The translations under genes were made by a program, and so were the position numbers. A DNA stretch of 58,927 nt, taken from assembly GCA_001816475.1 (NCBI GenBank), contig MHCC01000026.1, positions 1 through 58,927 of the forward strand, read 5' to 3'. Under the pieces are notes generated by a model. It saw only the letters and a program-made list of their open reading frames with translations. It had not been told where the DNA came from and did no database searches. This document shows positions 29,525 through 39,433 of the stretch, piece after piece. Within the stretch, counting starts at the first letter, position 1, and each line of letters begins with the position of its first letter. The stretch comes from Candidatus Blackburnbacteria bacterium RIFCSPLOWO2_01_FULL_40_20. Its GTDB lineage: Bacteria; Patescibacteriota; Microgenomatia; UBA8517; UBA10165.

Positions 29525-31765
29525 CTACCTACCAAATCGGGACTTTTGTTCTCGTGTCATGAAGCGGCTTGCTGGAAAGTGAGGGCCACCACTCTCTCCT
29601 TGTCCTCGCCTTCCGCCGGAATCTCTTCGTCTACTGTCGCCACGTCCTCCAAATCTTCTTTCACCAAACTCTTGTTCTCCTCTTGGTTCTCTTGGCTCTC
29701 TTTTTTTGCCACCTTCAATCATGGTCAAGTTAAGTCTTCCCAAATCATCTTTTTGTTTTACCCAAACTTTAACTTTGTCTCCCAACTTAACAATATCTTG
29801 GGGATCTTTAACAAACTCTTCTGCCATGTCTGAAACATGCACCAACCCTTCTTTTCCTGGCAAAATTTCAACAAATGCACCAAATGGTTGGATTCTTTTA
29901 ACTGTACCCTCGTAAAGCTCCCCGGGGATAACTTCTTTAACAATACCTTCAACAGTTTTAACAGCTTTTTCTACTGAATCCTGATCAATCCCTGAAACTG
30001 TTACCGATCCATCATCCTCAACATCAATTTGCACACCAGTCTCGGCCATTATTTTTTTAATTATTTTTCCTCCTGGGCCGATTATTTCTCCAATTCTCTC
30101 AACTGGAACCTTTATTACAACAATTTTTGGCGCATATTCAGAAATCTTTGCACGAGACTCACCAATCACCTCAAGCATCTTTCCTAAAATAAATGCTCTG
30201 CCCTCTTGGGCTTGTTTTAGAGCTTTTTCTAAAATTTCCAAAGTTAGCTTATCTGTTTTTACGTCAAGTTGCATTGCTGTTACACCTACTGAGGTTCCAG
30301 TTACCTTAAAGTCCATATCTCCCATCCCATCCTCAATTCCCGTAATGTCAGATAAAATTGCTACATTTTCATCGCTGATTATCAACCCCATTGCAATTCC
30401 GGAAACAGGTGCAGTAATAGGAACTCCGGCGTCCATCAAAGACATCGTTGATCCGCATGTTGAAGCCATGCTAGTCGAGCCATTAGACGACATTACTTCT
30501 GACACTACCCTTATTGTGTAAGGAAACTTGTCTTCACCTGGAACAACTGGCAAAAGTGCTCGCTCGGCTAGTGCTCCGTGTCCAATCTCGCGCCGGGACG
30601 GAGATCCGACTCTTCCAGTTTCGCCTGACGAATAAGGCGGCATAGAGTACTGATGCATATATCGTTTTGACTCCTCACCCGAGGCCGATTCTATAAGTTG
30701 TTCCATGCTTGGAGAACCTAGGGTTGTCGCAGAAAGTGCTTGTGTTTGACCTCTTGTGAAGATTGCAGAACCGTGAGTTCTTGGTAGAACTCCAACTTCT
30801 CCTGTAATTTCTCTTATTTGGTCGTGTTTTCTACCGTCAAGTCTTTTTCCGGAAAGCATCAAAGCTCTGACTCTCTTTTTCATAACTTCTTCAAAGGCTG
30901 AGGACACCAGTGAAGCTTTCTGGTCACCTACTTCTGCAATTATCGCCTGCCTAATTTCTGAAGTGTTGGCCGCCCCTTCTTTGGAAGCATTGTTCCGGCT
31001 AAATTCAAGAATTTGCTCTCCAAATTTTTTGTCAATTAAAGACACTAATTCTGAATCTTCTTGAACTTCAAACGTTTCTTTCTCTTTTCCTACCTTCTTG
31101 GCAAGTTCTTCAATTCCAGAAATAATTTTTTGCGCTTCTTTTTGGCCAAATGTAATTGCGCCAAGTATCTTTTCTTCTGGTACTTGTTGAGCCCCTGCTT
31201 CAAGCATCAAAACATTTTCTCCTTTAACAGTTAAAACTAGCTCAAGCTCTGAAAAATCAAGTTCAGTTGAGGTTGGATTTGCAAAAAAGTCACCATTCTT
31301 TGCTCCAATTTTCAATGATCCAACTGGACCGTTCCAAGGAATATTTGATGTTGCGATAGCTGCTGATGCAGCAACCATAGAAAGTATTGCTGCATCATTT
31401 TCTGCGTCAACTGACAAAACTGTTGCTATAACTTGAACATCCTTTTTGTAACCTTTGGGGAATAGTGGTCTGATTGATCGATCAATTAGCCGTGCAGAAA
31501 GTATTTCTTCGTCGGATGGTCTACCTTCTCTTTTTACCCAACGACTTCCTTTAATTTTTCCTCCTGCATAAAGTCTTTCCATATAGTCAACAGTAAGAGG
31601 GAAATAATCTAAGTCTTGCTTTAATGGAGCACTAACTACAGTTACTAAAACCATCGTATCGCCATATCGCGCAACGATTGCGGAGTTTGCCTGTTGTGCA
31701 AGTCGACCGTGCTCTAAAGAAAGCGTGCGACTACCAATTTCAATTTCTTGACTAAGTATTTTCAT
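29525..31765 (-). CDS. pnp: Polyribonucleotide nucleotidyltransferase
   Basis: RLIDRSIRPLF, RREIGHG, SNGSTSMAS, GDMDFK, KH and S1 domains. Confidence 0.99.
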   Translation of the reverse strand: MKILSQEIEIGSRTLSLEHGRLAQQANSAIVARYGDTMVLVTVVSAPLKQDLDYFPLTVDYMERLYAGGKIKGSRWVKREGRPSDEEILSARLIDRSIRPLFPKGYKKDVQVIATVLSVDAENDAAILSMVAASAAIATSNIPWNGPVGSLKIGAKNGDFFANPTSTELDFSELELVLTVKGENVLMLEAGAQQVPEEKILGAITFGQKEAQKIISGIEELAKKVGKEKETFEVQEDSELVSLIDKKFGEQILEFSRNNASKEGAANTSEIRQAIIAEVGDQKASLVSSAFEEVMKKRVRALMLSGKRLDGRKHDQIREITGEVGVLPRTHGSAIFTRGQTQALSATTLGSPSMEQLIESASGEESKRYMHQYSMPPYSSGETGRVGSPSRREIGHGALAERALLPVVPGEDKFPYTIRVVSEVMSSNGSTSMASTCGSTMSLMDAGVPITAPVSGIAMGLIISDENVAILSDITGIEDGMGDMDFKVTGTSVGVTAMQLDVKTDKLTLEILEKALKQAQEGRAFILGKMLEVIGESRAKISEYAPKIVVIKVPVERIGEIIGPGGKIIKKIMAETGVQIDVEDDGSVTVSGIDQDSVEKAVKTVEGIVKEVIPGELYEGTVKRIQPFGAFVEILPGKEGLVHVSDMAEEFVKDPQDIVKLGDKVKVWVKQKDDLGRLNLTMIEGGKKREPREPRGEQEFGERRFGGRGDSRRRDSGGRRGQGESGGPHFPASRFMTREQKSRFGR

Positions 31766-31770
31766 AAAAA

Positions 31771-31866
31771 TAGAATTTCAAGCTTAGAGTCTAGAACAGA
31801 GGAAAAAGGAGCAATGAAGTTTCTTTATTTTCAACCTATGCTCTTTGCTCTATGTTCTTTGCTCTT
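31771..31866. repeat. Period-7 inverted repeat (TAGAGCA family) filling the rpsO-pnp spacer
   Basis: TAGAATT TCAAGCT TAGAGTC TAGAACA ... TGCTCTT TGCTCTA TGTTCTT TGCTCTT. Confidence 0.85.
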
Positions 31867-32134
31867 ATTTTGAGAGTCCCAATCTTCCTATTAATTCAGC
31901 ATAACGCTTTTCGTCTTTTCTCTGCAAGTAGGCTAAAAGCCTTCTTCTTTTTGCAACCATAGACAAAAGTCCACGTCGAGAGTGAGAATCTTTCTTATGT
32001 TCTTGTAGATGTTTTGCAAGGCGGTTTATTTGTTCTGTAAGAAGAGCAACCTGAACCTCGGGACTACCTGTGTCTCCCGAACCTTGAGAAAACTTCTCAA
32101 TTATTTTTTTCTTGTCCTGTGTGGCTAATGCCAT
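31865..32134 (-). CDS. rpsO: 30S ribosomal protein S15
   Basis: [20 protein letters not shown]; start ATG 32134. Confidence 0.99.
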   Translation of the reverse strand: MALATQDKKKIIEKFSQGSGDTGSPEVQVALLTEQINRLAKHLQEHKKDSHSRRGLLSMVAKRRRLLAYLQRKDEKRYAELIGRLGLSK

Positions 32135-32212
32135 ATTGCGTCGTGTTATTCCAAGCAAGTCTTTTAGGACATTTAGGATAAGCCTAGGATCACACCAAAA
32201 GTTATTGTATCA
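32135..32212 (-). promoter_or_regulatory. rpsO promoter and structured leader
   Basis: TGATACAAT at 32204-32212; GTGT..TCCTAGGC / GCTTGGA..ACAC pairing in the leader. Confidence 0.5.
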
Positions 32213-32242
32213 CAAAAGACTTCTTTAAATCCACTCGATCTT

Positions 32243-33088
32243 TTACAAAATCGTTGTGTCTTTAAATTTAGGTTCCAAATTCTGAGGATTATTTTGTTGG
32301 TCTACTTGTCGAGACCTTTGGTTTGACTTAAATGTTTGCTCAATAATTTGTCCCCGTTTTGCTCCGTTTTCCAAAAGCTTTGCTGCCAAGGCGAAAGTGT
32401 TTGCTCCAACCCCCACAACTGTAAAGTTTTTACTTCCTGCCTCAAGCCCTAAAAATAAGTTTGTTGAAATATCCTGGTTTTGCGGAAGCTTGAGTTGATC
32501 GATAATTTGATAAACCACTTCAGACGTTGAAGTTGATTTAACATCTATCAATTCAACCGATTTTGGCCACCCTGCAAGTGGTTTGTTGCCAACGAGAGTC
32601 AAATTTTGTCTTGCTTGCCCTTCCAGGATATCCTTTATTAACGTTTGAGAAAATGCACCAAGATCATTAGGATAATTTGCGCCAATTATAATTACTAAAT
32701 CTGAGGCAACACCAGCATAAGAAGCAGTTATTTGATTTTGGGTCGGTGTGTCAAATCCTGGTTTAGGAATAATAGTTAGGGCAAAAACGTTATTTTCAAT
32801 GTTGTAGGAAACTCTCTCAATATTTTCTGCCGGGTATTCAGCAAATGAGATAACCATATTTTTGTCGCCAGCATCTGCTCGTACCTGATTAACGCCTACC
32901 AACCTTGAAAACTCAACGGTCATTGGGGATGGACAAGATACGGCAACGGGGAAATTGCTAGCTTTTAAGGAAAGCATCAAAGCAAGACCTGAGGCAACCT
33001 CGTCAGTCGAGGGGTTATCAGGCAAAACAATAAGTGCAGACTTTGCACTCGTTAGTATTTGTTGAAATCTTGAAATATCAGCGACCAT
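32243..33088 (-). CDS. Degenerate DHH/NrnA-like protein
   Basis: LIVLP.NP..D..ASGLAL, STSEVV, T.LF.GL...S.NF; no DHH motif. Confidence 0.8.
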   Translation of the reverse strand: MVADISRFQQILTSAKSALIVLPDNPSTDEVASGLALMLSLKASNFPVAVSCPSPMTVEFSRLVGVNQVRADAGDKNMVISFAEYPAENIERVSYNIENNVFALTIIPKPGFDTPTQNQITASYAGVASDLVIIIGANYPNDLGAFSQTLIKDILEGQARQNLTLVGNKPLAGWPKSVELIDVKSTSTSEVVYQIIDQLKLPQNQDISTNLFLGLEAGSKNFTVVGVGANTFALAAKLLENGAKRGQIIEQTFKSNQRSRQVDQQNNPQNLEPKFKDTTIL

Positions 33089-33094
33089 AAAATA

Positions 33095-33179
33095 TAGAGC
33101 TTAGAACAAAGAGCTAAGAGCTTAGAAAAACAAGTAAATTACTTCGACAAAATACCAATGCTCTTTGTTGTATGCTCTA
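33095..33179. repeat. Period-7 inverted repeat (TAGAGCA family)
   Basis: TAGAGCT TAGAACA AAGAGCT AAGAGCT TAGAAAA ... TGCTCTT TGTTGTA TGCTCTA. Confidence 0.85.
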
Positions 33180-33213
33180 ACTATGAGGCAGTTGCAGGCG
33201 TGGAACGTGCGCC

Positions 33214-34686
33214 TTAGGCGCTTTGACGTTCTTGAAATGATTCTATCACATCCTTAACTTGAAAATCAAACTGCGGCTCAAACAACATTCCAAATTCTTC
33301 TCCGCCAACCACCTTATCAACTTCTTCCTTTTGCTTTTTTAAAGAAATTAAGCGTATATTTCCAAGTACCTTTTCTCCTCTAATCAACCTTAGCCTATCT
33401 GACTTTGCAATCCTTCCTTCAACCAGCTTACATCCTGCAATCCTTAGTTTGTCGTGTGGAAAATGAGCAATTATTTCAGCTTTCCCGAGTATCTTGTCTT
33501 TTGAATGTTCTATTTCTCCTTTGGCCATTTTATCCAAATCCTGCAGAAGTTCATAGATAATTCTATAGGTATAAATCTTTACATGCTCCCCTTCCGAGAG
33601 ACGCTCTATTTCTTTACCTGCCCTAACGTTAAACCCAATTATTGCCGCACCAGCTGTCGACGCGTTTAAAACATCAGATTCGCTAATATCTCCAACTGCG
33701 CAGTATAATATTCCTACATCCGGCGGTAGCTGACCCAAAATTGCTTCAAGGCTTCCAGACGAGTCTACTTTCAAGACAATCGGAAACCCTTCAACCTTCG
33801 GGATTATTGACCGAGGCTTCTCTTCTACAACAGCCTGTCCACTTTTTTCAACTCGTGAACCAACAGCTGGGATTCCGGAAAAACCAATTATTTCAACCGG
33901 CATTCCAGGCAATACTTTCGATACTGACTTTTCGAATTCATCAAAAAGTCCTCGAGCCTTACCTCTAACTTTGTCAGTATAAAGCTCATCACCCGACTTT
34001 ATAGAACCATTCTTGATCACCAAACTCGCAACAACTCCTTTTCTTCGATCGTGACGCGATTCAATCACATAAGCTTCAAGGCTGCCTTCTGGGTCACCTG
34101 AGACTTCGTTGACTTCAGCCATCAGAATAATCATCTCAAGAAGGTCTTCTACTCCCTGCCCTGTTTTTGCCGACACCTCAATAATAGGGACATCTCCTCC
34201 ATACCCTTCCAATAAAATCCCCTCGCTCATAAGTTGATTTTTTGCCCTTTCAATTTGAGCGGTGGGTAAGTCTACCTTAGTAATGGCTACTAAAAAAGGA
34301 GTTTGAGATTCATTTATATACTTTAAAGACTCTTTAGTTTGAGGCATCACGCCGTCGTCTGCGGCAACCACCAAAATTACAATGTCTGCAACTTTTGCTC
34401 CCCTTTCCCGCATTGCCTTGAAAGCCTCGTGTCCCGGAGTGTCAATAAAAGTTACTGTTTCGTTTTTGGGAGTTTTTACGCTCCATGCACCAATTGATTG
34501 TGTAATTCCACCTACTTCACGAGAGGCTACCGAAGTTTTTCGAATTCTATCAAGGAGTGTTGTTTTTCCATGGTCAACATGACCCAATACTGCTACGATC
34601 GGGGGCCTGCCCGCAACGCTCTCGCTTGCGAGGCGGGCGGGACGAGGTTTAATCTCACTTGTTGATTGTGAATTGTTATTTGCCAT
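33214..34686 (-). CDS. infB: Translation initiation factor IF-2, short form
   Basis: [38 protein letters not shown]. Confidence 0.98.
   Translation of the reverse strand: MANNNSQSTSEIKPRPARLASESVAGRPPIVAVLGHVDHGKTTLLDRIRKTSVASREVGGITQSIGAWSVKTPKNETVTFIDTPGHEAFKAMRERGAKVADIVILVVAADDGVMPQTKESLKYINESQTPFLVAITKVDLPTAQIERAKNQLMSEGILLEGYGGDVPIIEVSAKTGQGVEDLLEMIILMAEVNEVSGDPEGSLEAYVIESRHDRRKGVVASLVIKNGSIKSGDELYTDKVRGKARGLFDEFEKSVSKVLPGMPVEIIGFSGIPAVGSRVEKSGQAVVEEKPRSIIPKVEGFPIVLKVDSSGSLEAILGQLPPDVGILYCAVGDISESDVLNASTAGAAIIGFNVRAGKEIERLSEGEHVKIYTYRIIYELLQDLDKMAKGEIEHSKDKILGKAEIIAHFPHDKLRIAGCKLVEGRIAKSDRLRLIRGEKVLGNIRLISLKKQKEEVDKVVGGEEFGMLFEPQFDFQVKDVIESFQERQSA
34606..34641. repeat. 36-bp palindromic in-frame insert in infB
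   Basis: CCTGCCCGC..CTCGC-TT-GCGAG-GCGGGCGGG; removal restores KPRPPIV. Confidence 0.75.
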
Positions 34687-34704
34687 TTGTTTTCGGACGA
34701 ATTA

Positions 34705-35883
34705 TTACTTAACATCTTTGTTAGGCTGCCCTGGGCGAGCCTCGCTCGCCTCGCTGGGTCGAAGTGGGCCTTCGGCGGGTTCTTCAATGGGAACACTTAC
34801 TTCCTCTTTAACCTCAGGCTCTTTCATTGCCTTAGTCTTTGACTTAGTTTTAGACTTAGGCTCAGACTCATTTGACTCTGTCTCTATCTCTGTCTTCTTC
34901 TCCCCCTCAAGTTTGACTATCTCTATTCTCCACCCACTCAAGCGTGAAGCTAATCGCACATTTTGTCCTTCTTTTCCAATTGCCAAAGATAATTGTTCTT
35001 CTGGTACTTTTACAGTTGCTTCTTTTTCTTTTTGATTAAGTTCAATACTTACGCTTGTAGCAGGAGACAGGGAAGACGCAATTAACTTATCAGGATCCTC
35101 GGACCAAGGAATGACGTCAACCTTTTCTCCTGAAAGTTCGTTTATAACTGCTTGAACTCGAACTCCCTTCTGCCCAACACAAGACCCCACTGGATCAACT
35201 CCAGGTTGTGTGGACACGACTGCAATTTTTGTTCTTCCTCCTGATTCCCGTGCTATAGCTTTTATTTCAACTGCTCCTGAGGCAATCTCTGGAACTTCTC
35301 GAGCAAATAGCTTTTTAACAATTTCCGGGTCTGCACGAGACAAAATTACATCTTTCCCTCTTTCTGTTTCTTTAATTTCCTTTAGAAGAAAGGTTAAACG
35401 TTGATTAAGACTCAGTCTCTCGTTGGGAACACGCTCGGAGGGGGGCATCGTGCCCTCAGTTCGTCCAATGTCAACTCGAACATTTGGTCCATCAAACCTT
35501 AAGACAATACCCGAGATCAAAGACCCTAATCGATTTTGGTATTGAGACATTATTGCGTCTTTTTCGGCCTCTCTTATTTTTTGAAGAATAACTTGTTTTG
35601 CAGTTTGTGCAGCAATTCGGCCAAATCCTGGAGGAGTTATATCTTGTTTTTTGTCTTCTTTACCCTCGGTCCAAGTTAAAATTCTAGCTTCACCCGTTTG
35701 GGAATCAACTTCAGCCTCTAAAAGTTGCTCGGTCGCGTCTTCTCCACGTTCTCTTGCGTCGCGGCGGTATGCAGCAATAATGGCTTGTTTTATCGTATCC
35801 AAAACCACAGCAGGATCAAGCCCCCGCTCGGTAGCTATAGCGTTAAGTGCTGATGAAAATTCAGTTCGTGCTGATGTTGCCAT
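34705..35883 (-). CDS. nusA: Transcription factor NusA
   Basis: FGRIAAQTAKQ, EVPEI, R.KIAV, GSCVG.KG.R, LAIGKEGQNVRLA; start ATG 35883. Confidence 0.98.
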   Translation of the reverse strand: MATSARTEFSSALNAIATERGLDPAVVLDTIKQAIIAAYRRDARERGEDATEQLLEAEVDSQTGEARILTWTEGKEDKKQDITPPGFGRIAAQTAKQVILQKIREAEKDAIMSQYQNRLGSLISGIVLRFDGPNVRVDIGRTEGTMPPSERVPNERLSLNQRLTFLLKEIKETERGKDVILSRADPEIVKKLFAREVPEIASGAVEIKAIARESGGRTKIAVVSTQPGVDPVGSCVGQKGVRVQAVINELSGEKVDVIPWSEDPDKLIASSLSPATSVSIELNQKEKEATVKVPEEQLSLAIGKEGQNVRLASRLSGWRIEIVKLEGEKKTEIETESNESEPKSKTKSKTKAMKEPEVKEEVSVPIEEPAEGPLRPSEASEARPGQPNKDVK

Positions 35884-35935
35884 AATAAACGAGTTTGTTG
35901 CTTCGCAATAAACAAGTTTGTTGCTTCGCAATAAA
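35884..35935. repeat. 23-bp tandem duplication of a GCGAAGC hairpin directly before the nusA ATG
   Basis: AATAAAC(G/A)AGTTTGTTGCTTCGC x2.3. Confidence 0.85.
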
Positions 35936-35959
35936 AACGGCGGGATTCTTACCCACCGT
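35933..35959 (-). terminator. Attenuator-like terminator in the nusA leader
   Basis: ACGGTGGG-TAAGAAT-CCCGCCGT-TTTT, downstream of the promoter. Confidence 0.65.
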
Positions 35960-35977
35960 CCCATACAAACTATATAA

Positions 35978-36006
35978 AGTTTACACCTGATAACTTATAA
36001 AGTCAA
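35978..36006 (-). promoter_or_regulatory. nusA promoter
   Basis: TTGACT-N17-TAAACT. Confidence 0.7.
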
Positions 36007-36012
36007 CGAAAG

Positions 36013-37080
36013 TTAGTGATCCCGCGTCAAAATAAAGTCAATTCCTGCGCGAATTTGGGATCGAGCCGGTTCTTCTTTTAAAAACCCCAGGTTATTATCA
36101 AAAACCTTGAAAGCTTTTGATGCCAAATCTGTTGCTACATCTTGCCCATACTCAATGCTTCGGTGTTTTTTCATTGCCTCAATTACCCAATCAACTTCAT
36201 CTTGGGTTTTCTCATCTCTTGATTTGGCTAAAATACCTTCAAGTATCTTTAGATCTCCACCTTTAACAAATCTTAACAAATGTAACAACATCAAAGTTCT
36301 TTTACCCTCATAAATATCATTTCCCTGTTGCTTTTTAAGTCCTTTAAAGTCTGACGTAAGATCTAAAATATCATCTTTAATTTGAAAACATCGCCCGGCA
36401 TGTGTTCCAAACTCATACAAAGCATCAAGTTGTTTTTTGTTTGCACCCGCAATTATTGCACCAAGTCGCATTGGACCTGCAATTGTGTAGTAAACTGTTT
36501 TGCCGTCAACTATAAAAAAGAAGTCTTCGTCGGCTAAATCAACTCTGTTTTCCCGGGTCCATTTTATTTCAACGGTCTGCCCCAAAGTTGCCCGAGAGAG
36601 CATTTGGTAAAACTCCTCAAACAACTTTGTGGTAATCTGTTGTCCTAATAACTTCATGTTATCGTACAGAACCTTCCACATCAAAATATGTAGGGAATCT
36701 CCTGCGTTTACTGCAAGCTCGGAGCCATACATCCTGTGTAATGTTGGTTTTCCACGCCGTTCAAGTGAATCATCTTCGAAATCATCGTGAATCAAAATCC
36801 AGTCCTCGGAAATTTGCATTGCAGCAGCAGTTTTTACAGTCTTTTTAGGCTCAATACCCATTGCCTCACATGTAAGCATTACTAAAGAAGGACGAAGGTA
36901 TTTCCCTTTTCTCTCCGGATATTCTCGTACCATTTTTTTGTGGAAGTCTCCACTTTCTTTATATCCATTAGAAAATTTATCAATAATTGGACCAAAATCA
37001 TGATCCAAATATTTTTCAATTTCCTTCCAAACAACGCCCCTCTTTTGCTCCAAAACTTCCAAAAAATTTACATTTTTCAT
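36013..37080 (-). CDS. Trans-polyprenyl diphosphate synthase (IdsA/GGPPS-like)
   Basis: GKYLRP, LIHDDFED...RRG, FQIKDDILD, GND..EGK.T. Confidence 0.95.
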   Translation of the reverse strand: MKNVNFLEVLEQKRGVVWKEIEKYLDHDFGPIIDKFSNGYKESGDFHKKMVREYPERKGKYLRPSLVMLTCEAMGIEPKKTVKTAAAMQISEDWILIHDDFEDDSLERRGKPTLHRMYGSELAVNAGDSLHILMWKVLYDNMKLLGQQITTKLFEEFYQMLSRATLGQTVEIKWTRENRVDLADEDFFFIVDGKTVYYTIAGPMRLGAIIAGANKKQLDALYEFGTHAGRCFQIKDDILDLTSDFKGLKKQQGNDIYEGKRTLMLLHLLRFVKGGDLKILEGILAKSRDEKTQDEVDWVIEAMKKHRSIEYGQDVATDLASKAFKVFDNNLGFLKEEPARSQIRAGIDFILTRDH

Positions 37081-37133
37081 TGACTAAATACTATCACACT
37101 TAACAAAACCATCTGGTATTATTGATTAACCAA

Positions 37134-37721
37134 ATGCAAAAAAGGCAAGGAACTGCTTCCCAAACTGTAATTCTCGTTGATGAAAATGATAATTTTCAAG
37201 GTTATGCGCCACGGCACGATGCGCATACCGGAAATGGTCTTCGCCATAGAGCTTTTGTTTGCTTTCTAATCAACAGTCAAGGCGAAATATTACTTCAAAA
37301 AAGAAAACATTGGCTTTGGAACAATCTTTGGGATTTAACAGCAATCAGCCACACCTTACACCTTGAAAACCACGATGAATCATACGAAGGAGCAACTTTA
37401 AGAACTTTAAAAAAAGAAATGGGTATAGCGGAAAAAGTAGCCTTAGAAAAAATTGGGGCGTTCAACTATTTTGCAAAACACGAAAAAGATGATGGTTGCG
37501 AAAATGAATATTGTGCAATTATGTTTGGAAAATATAACGGAGAAGCAAATCCAGATAGCGAGGATGTTTACGGATATAAATGGCTAGTGTTTGAAGAATT
37601 TGTTGAAGATACAAGAAAGAATCCCGATATTTATACACCTTGGGCAATTTTAACCTTGGAAACTATAAAAAAGGGGCGTTTAAGAGTTTCGTCGAAGGTT
37701 AGTAAAATACATTTGATATAA
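37134..37721 (+). CDS. idi: Type 1 isopentenyl-diphosphate isomerase-like Nudix protein
   Basis: H..G.RHRAF, LLQKR, FNY, ENEYC, TPW; divergent from the prenyl synthase. Confidence 0.8.
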   Translation: MQKRQGTASQTVILVDENDNFQGYAPRHDAHTGNGLRHRAFVCFLINSQGEILLQKRKHWLWNNLWDLTAISHTLHLENHDESYEGATLRTLKKEMGIAEKVALEKIGAFNYFAKHEKDDGCENEYCAIMFGKYNGEANPDSEDVYGYKWLVFEEFVEDTRKNPDIYTPWAILTLETIKKGRLRVSSKVSKIHLI

Positions 37722-37723
37722 TA

Positions 37724-37800
37724 GGCGCCTGGTGGTCAACTTCATCACGTTAAACGTGACTTCAGTTGCCAACAGGCGCCATATCAGCCAATGGGGCTGA
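37724..37800. other. Long GC-rich hairpin plus a short hairpin
   Basis: GGCGCCTGGTGGTCAAC..TCACGTTAAACGTGA..GTTGCCAACAGGCGCC; TCAGCC-AATGG-GGCTGA. Confidence 0.6.
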
Positions 37801-37924
37801 GGAAATTTTGGGAGCCCTTTCTCGCCGGATTATCCGCCTGGCCGCGCGATGGCTAACCGAAGCGAGTTCCCGGGAATCACTCCCTTACGAAGAAGACTTT
37901 CTTCTATCTTTGTGGATTCGCTCC

Positions 37925-38266
37925 TTAATTAAGGAGACCTCTCCTCCACATTGACTTCAAGAACGTCTTCTCCGAAGCGGTTGGTTCTTCCGTCTCTGGG
38001 TTTCGGCCCAAAAGCGTCTGAACGTCACCGCCTACCCTGGCGACCATTCCTCTAGACTTGGGTCCGTCGTAGTATGACCACGAGTTAACCCACGCCCATC
38101 GGCCCGACGACAGAAATACGATGTACACAGTTGTGTCAACGCATCTCAAGCCGTCGTCTTCGTTATAAACGAAGATACGGTCACCAGGAGACTTCATGGA
38201 CTCTCGGGACCAGGTTAATATCCGATCATCCGAGTTCCATGTCAGATCTCCCGACAATGCTCTCAC
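37925..38266 (-). CDS. Orphan hypothetical protein, start uncertain, possibly a gene fragment
   Basis: 113-aa ORF in a visibly GC-richer patch; frame stays open about 25 codons upstream with no ATG. Confidence 0.45.
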   Translation of the reverse strand: MRALSGDLTWNSDDRILTWSRESMKSPGDRIFVYNEDDGLRCVDTTVYIVFLSSGRWAWVNSWSYYDGPKSRGMVARVGGDVQTLLGRNPETEEPTASEKTFLKSMWRRGLLN

Positions 38267-38409
38267 CCCCTCTTTTTCCTTCAGGGTTACTCTGTGCTGA
38301 TTTGGGAAAACCAGAGTCCACAGAGACCGTGATGGATCCTGTCATTTGGGAGACGAGAGCTTGTGTATTCTACCCCCCTTTTTTTTGTCAAATTGCTAGC
38401 AGAACGACC

Positions 38410-38438
38410 AGTGTATCATAGAAAAAAAGGAAAGTCAA
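38410..38438 (-). promoter_or_regulatory. Sigma70-type promoter
   Basis: TTGACT-N17-TACACT with TG extension. Confidence 0.6.
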
Positions 38439-38456
38439 ATGTTATGAGACATTGTG

Positions 38457-38497
38457 CATTCGGAATCTGTGTGGATTCCGGCCTTCGCCGGAATGAC
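38457..38497. repeat. REP-like palindrome downstream of dnaJ
   Basis: TGGATTCCGGC-CTTC-GCCGGAATGAC; same family as 57899-57981. Confidence 0.75.
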
Positions 38498-38512
38498 GTT
38501 TTAAAATAGGCT

Positions 38513-39373
38513 CTATTTTCTCTTCCCAAGTTCTTCCAAAACTTGGCGCTGTTGAGAAGTGAGGTCTTTATAATTTGGTATCTCAACATGAAGCCTAATG
38601 TATAAGTCTCCTCGGCCGCGAGAATTTAGCCGAGGCATTCCCCGGCCTGAAAGGCGAAGAATTGTTTCATGTTGGGTTCCTGGCTTAATTCTAATTTGCT
38701 CGTCCTCCTCCGGTGTTGGAACTTCTATTAGGCCACCTGTAACTGCTACAAATAGAGGAACTTGAACGTCAACATATAAGTCTGTTCCATCCCGCTGAAA
38801 AGTTTTGCTTGGCCGAACGTTTATTGTCGCATAAAAGTCAGAAAACCGAATTCGCGAGCCATCGTCTACTCCTGGAGGAATTTTAATTTTTCGTTTCTTG
38901 CCGTCAAAGCTAACTTCGCGCTCTGTTCCCTCTAACGCCTCTTTGAAGTCTATTGATATTGATGCGTGAGGCATGCGAGAGGCTCTTCCAAAAGGGGACG
39001 CTCCGCCAAAAAATTGTTCAAATATTTCAAACGGATCTGAAAAATCAAACCCTTCAAAAGGCGATTGGCCGCCACGTGAGGTGTAAGTATACGTAAACGG
39101 ACCTTGTCCAAAACCTCCAAAAGGACCTTGTGCCCCTTGCCCGCCTTGAGAAAATGCAGCATGCCCGAATTGATCATAGGCTTGCTTTTTCTTTGGATCT
39201 CTTAAGACCTCATAAGCCTCATTTATTTCTTTAAACTTTTTTTCAGCTTCAGCAGTTTTGTTTCGATCTGGATGCCAATCCAAAGCAAGCTTGCGATACG
39301 CAGCCTTAATTTCGCGGTCTGATGCGCCTTTTGGAACACCTAATACTTCGTAAAAATCACGTTGTGAAGCCAT
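38513..39373 (-). CDS. dnaJ: Class B J-domain chaperone (DnaJ/CbpA-like, no Zn finger)
   Basis: HPD motif, G/F region, C-terminal domain; follows dnaK. Confidence 0.93.
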   Translation of the reverse strand: MASQRDFYEVLGVPKGASDREIKAAYRKLALDWHPDRNKTAEAEKKFKEINEAYEVLRDPKKKQAYDQFGHAAFSQGGQGAQGPFGGFGQGPFTYTYTSRGGQSPFEGFDFSDPFEIFEQFFGGASPFGRASRMPHASISIDFKEALEGTEREVSFDGKKRKIKIPPGVDDGSRIRFSDFYATINVRPSKTFQRDGTDLYVDVQVPLFVAVTGGLIEVPTPEEDEQIRIKPGTQHETILRLSGRGMPRLNSRGRGDLYIRLHVEIPNYKDLTSQQRQVLEELGKRK

Positions 39374-39433
39374 AAATTCTTACTAAAAAACCTCGTTACC
39401 CGAGGCTAATTTTATTTGATTAACAGTTAAATA

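Noticed and set aside
37784-37820. RNase P RNA (hairpin followed by GAGGAAA)
   Set aside because: Lacks GAGGAAAGUCC and the 3' AGAACCCGGCUUA-type P4 strand.
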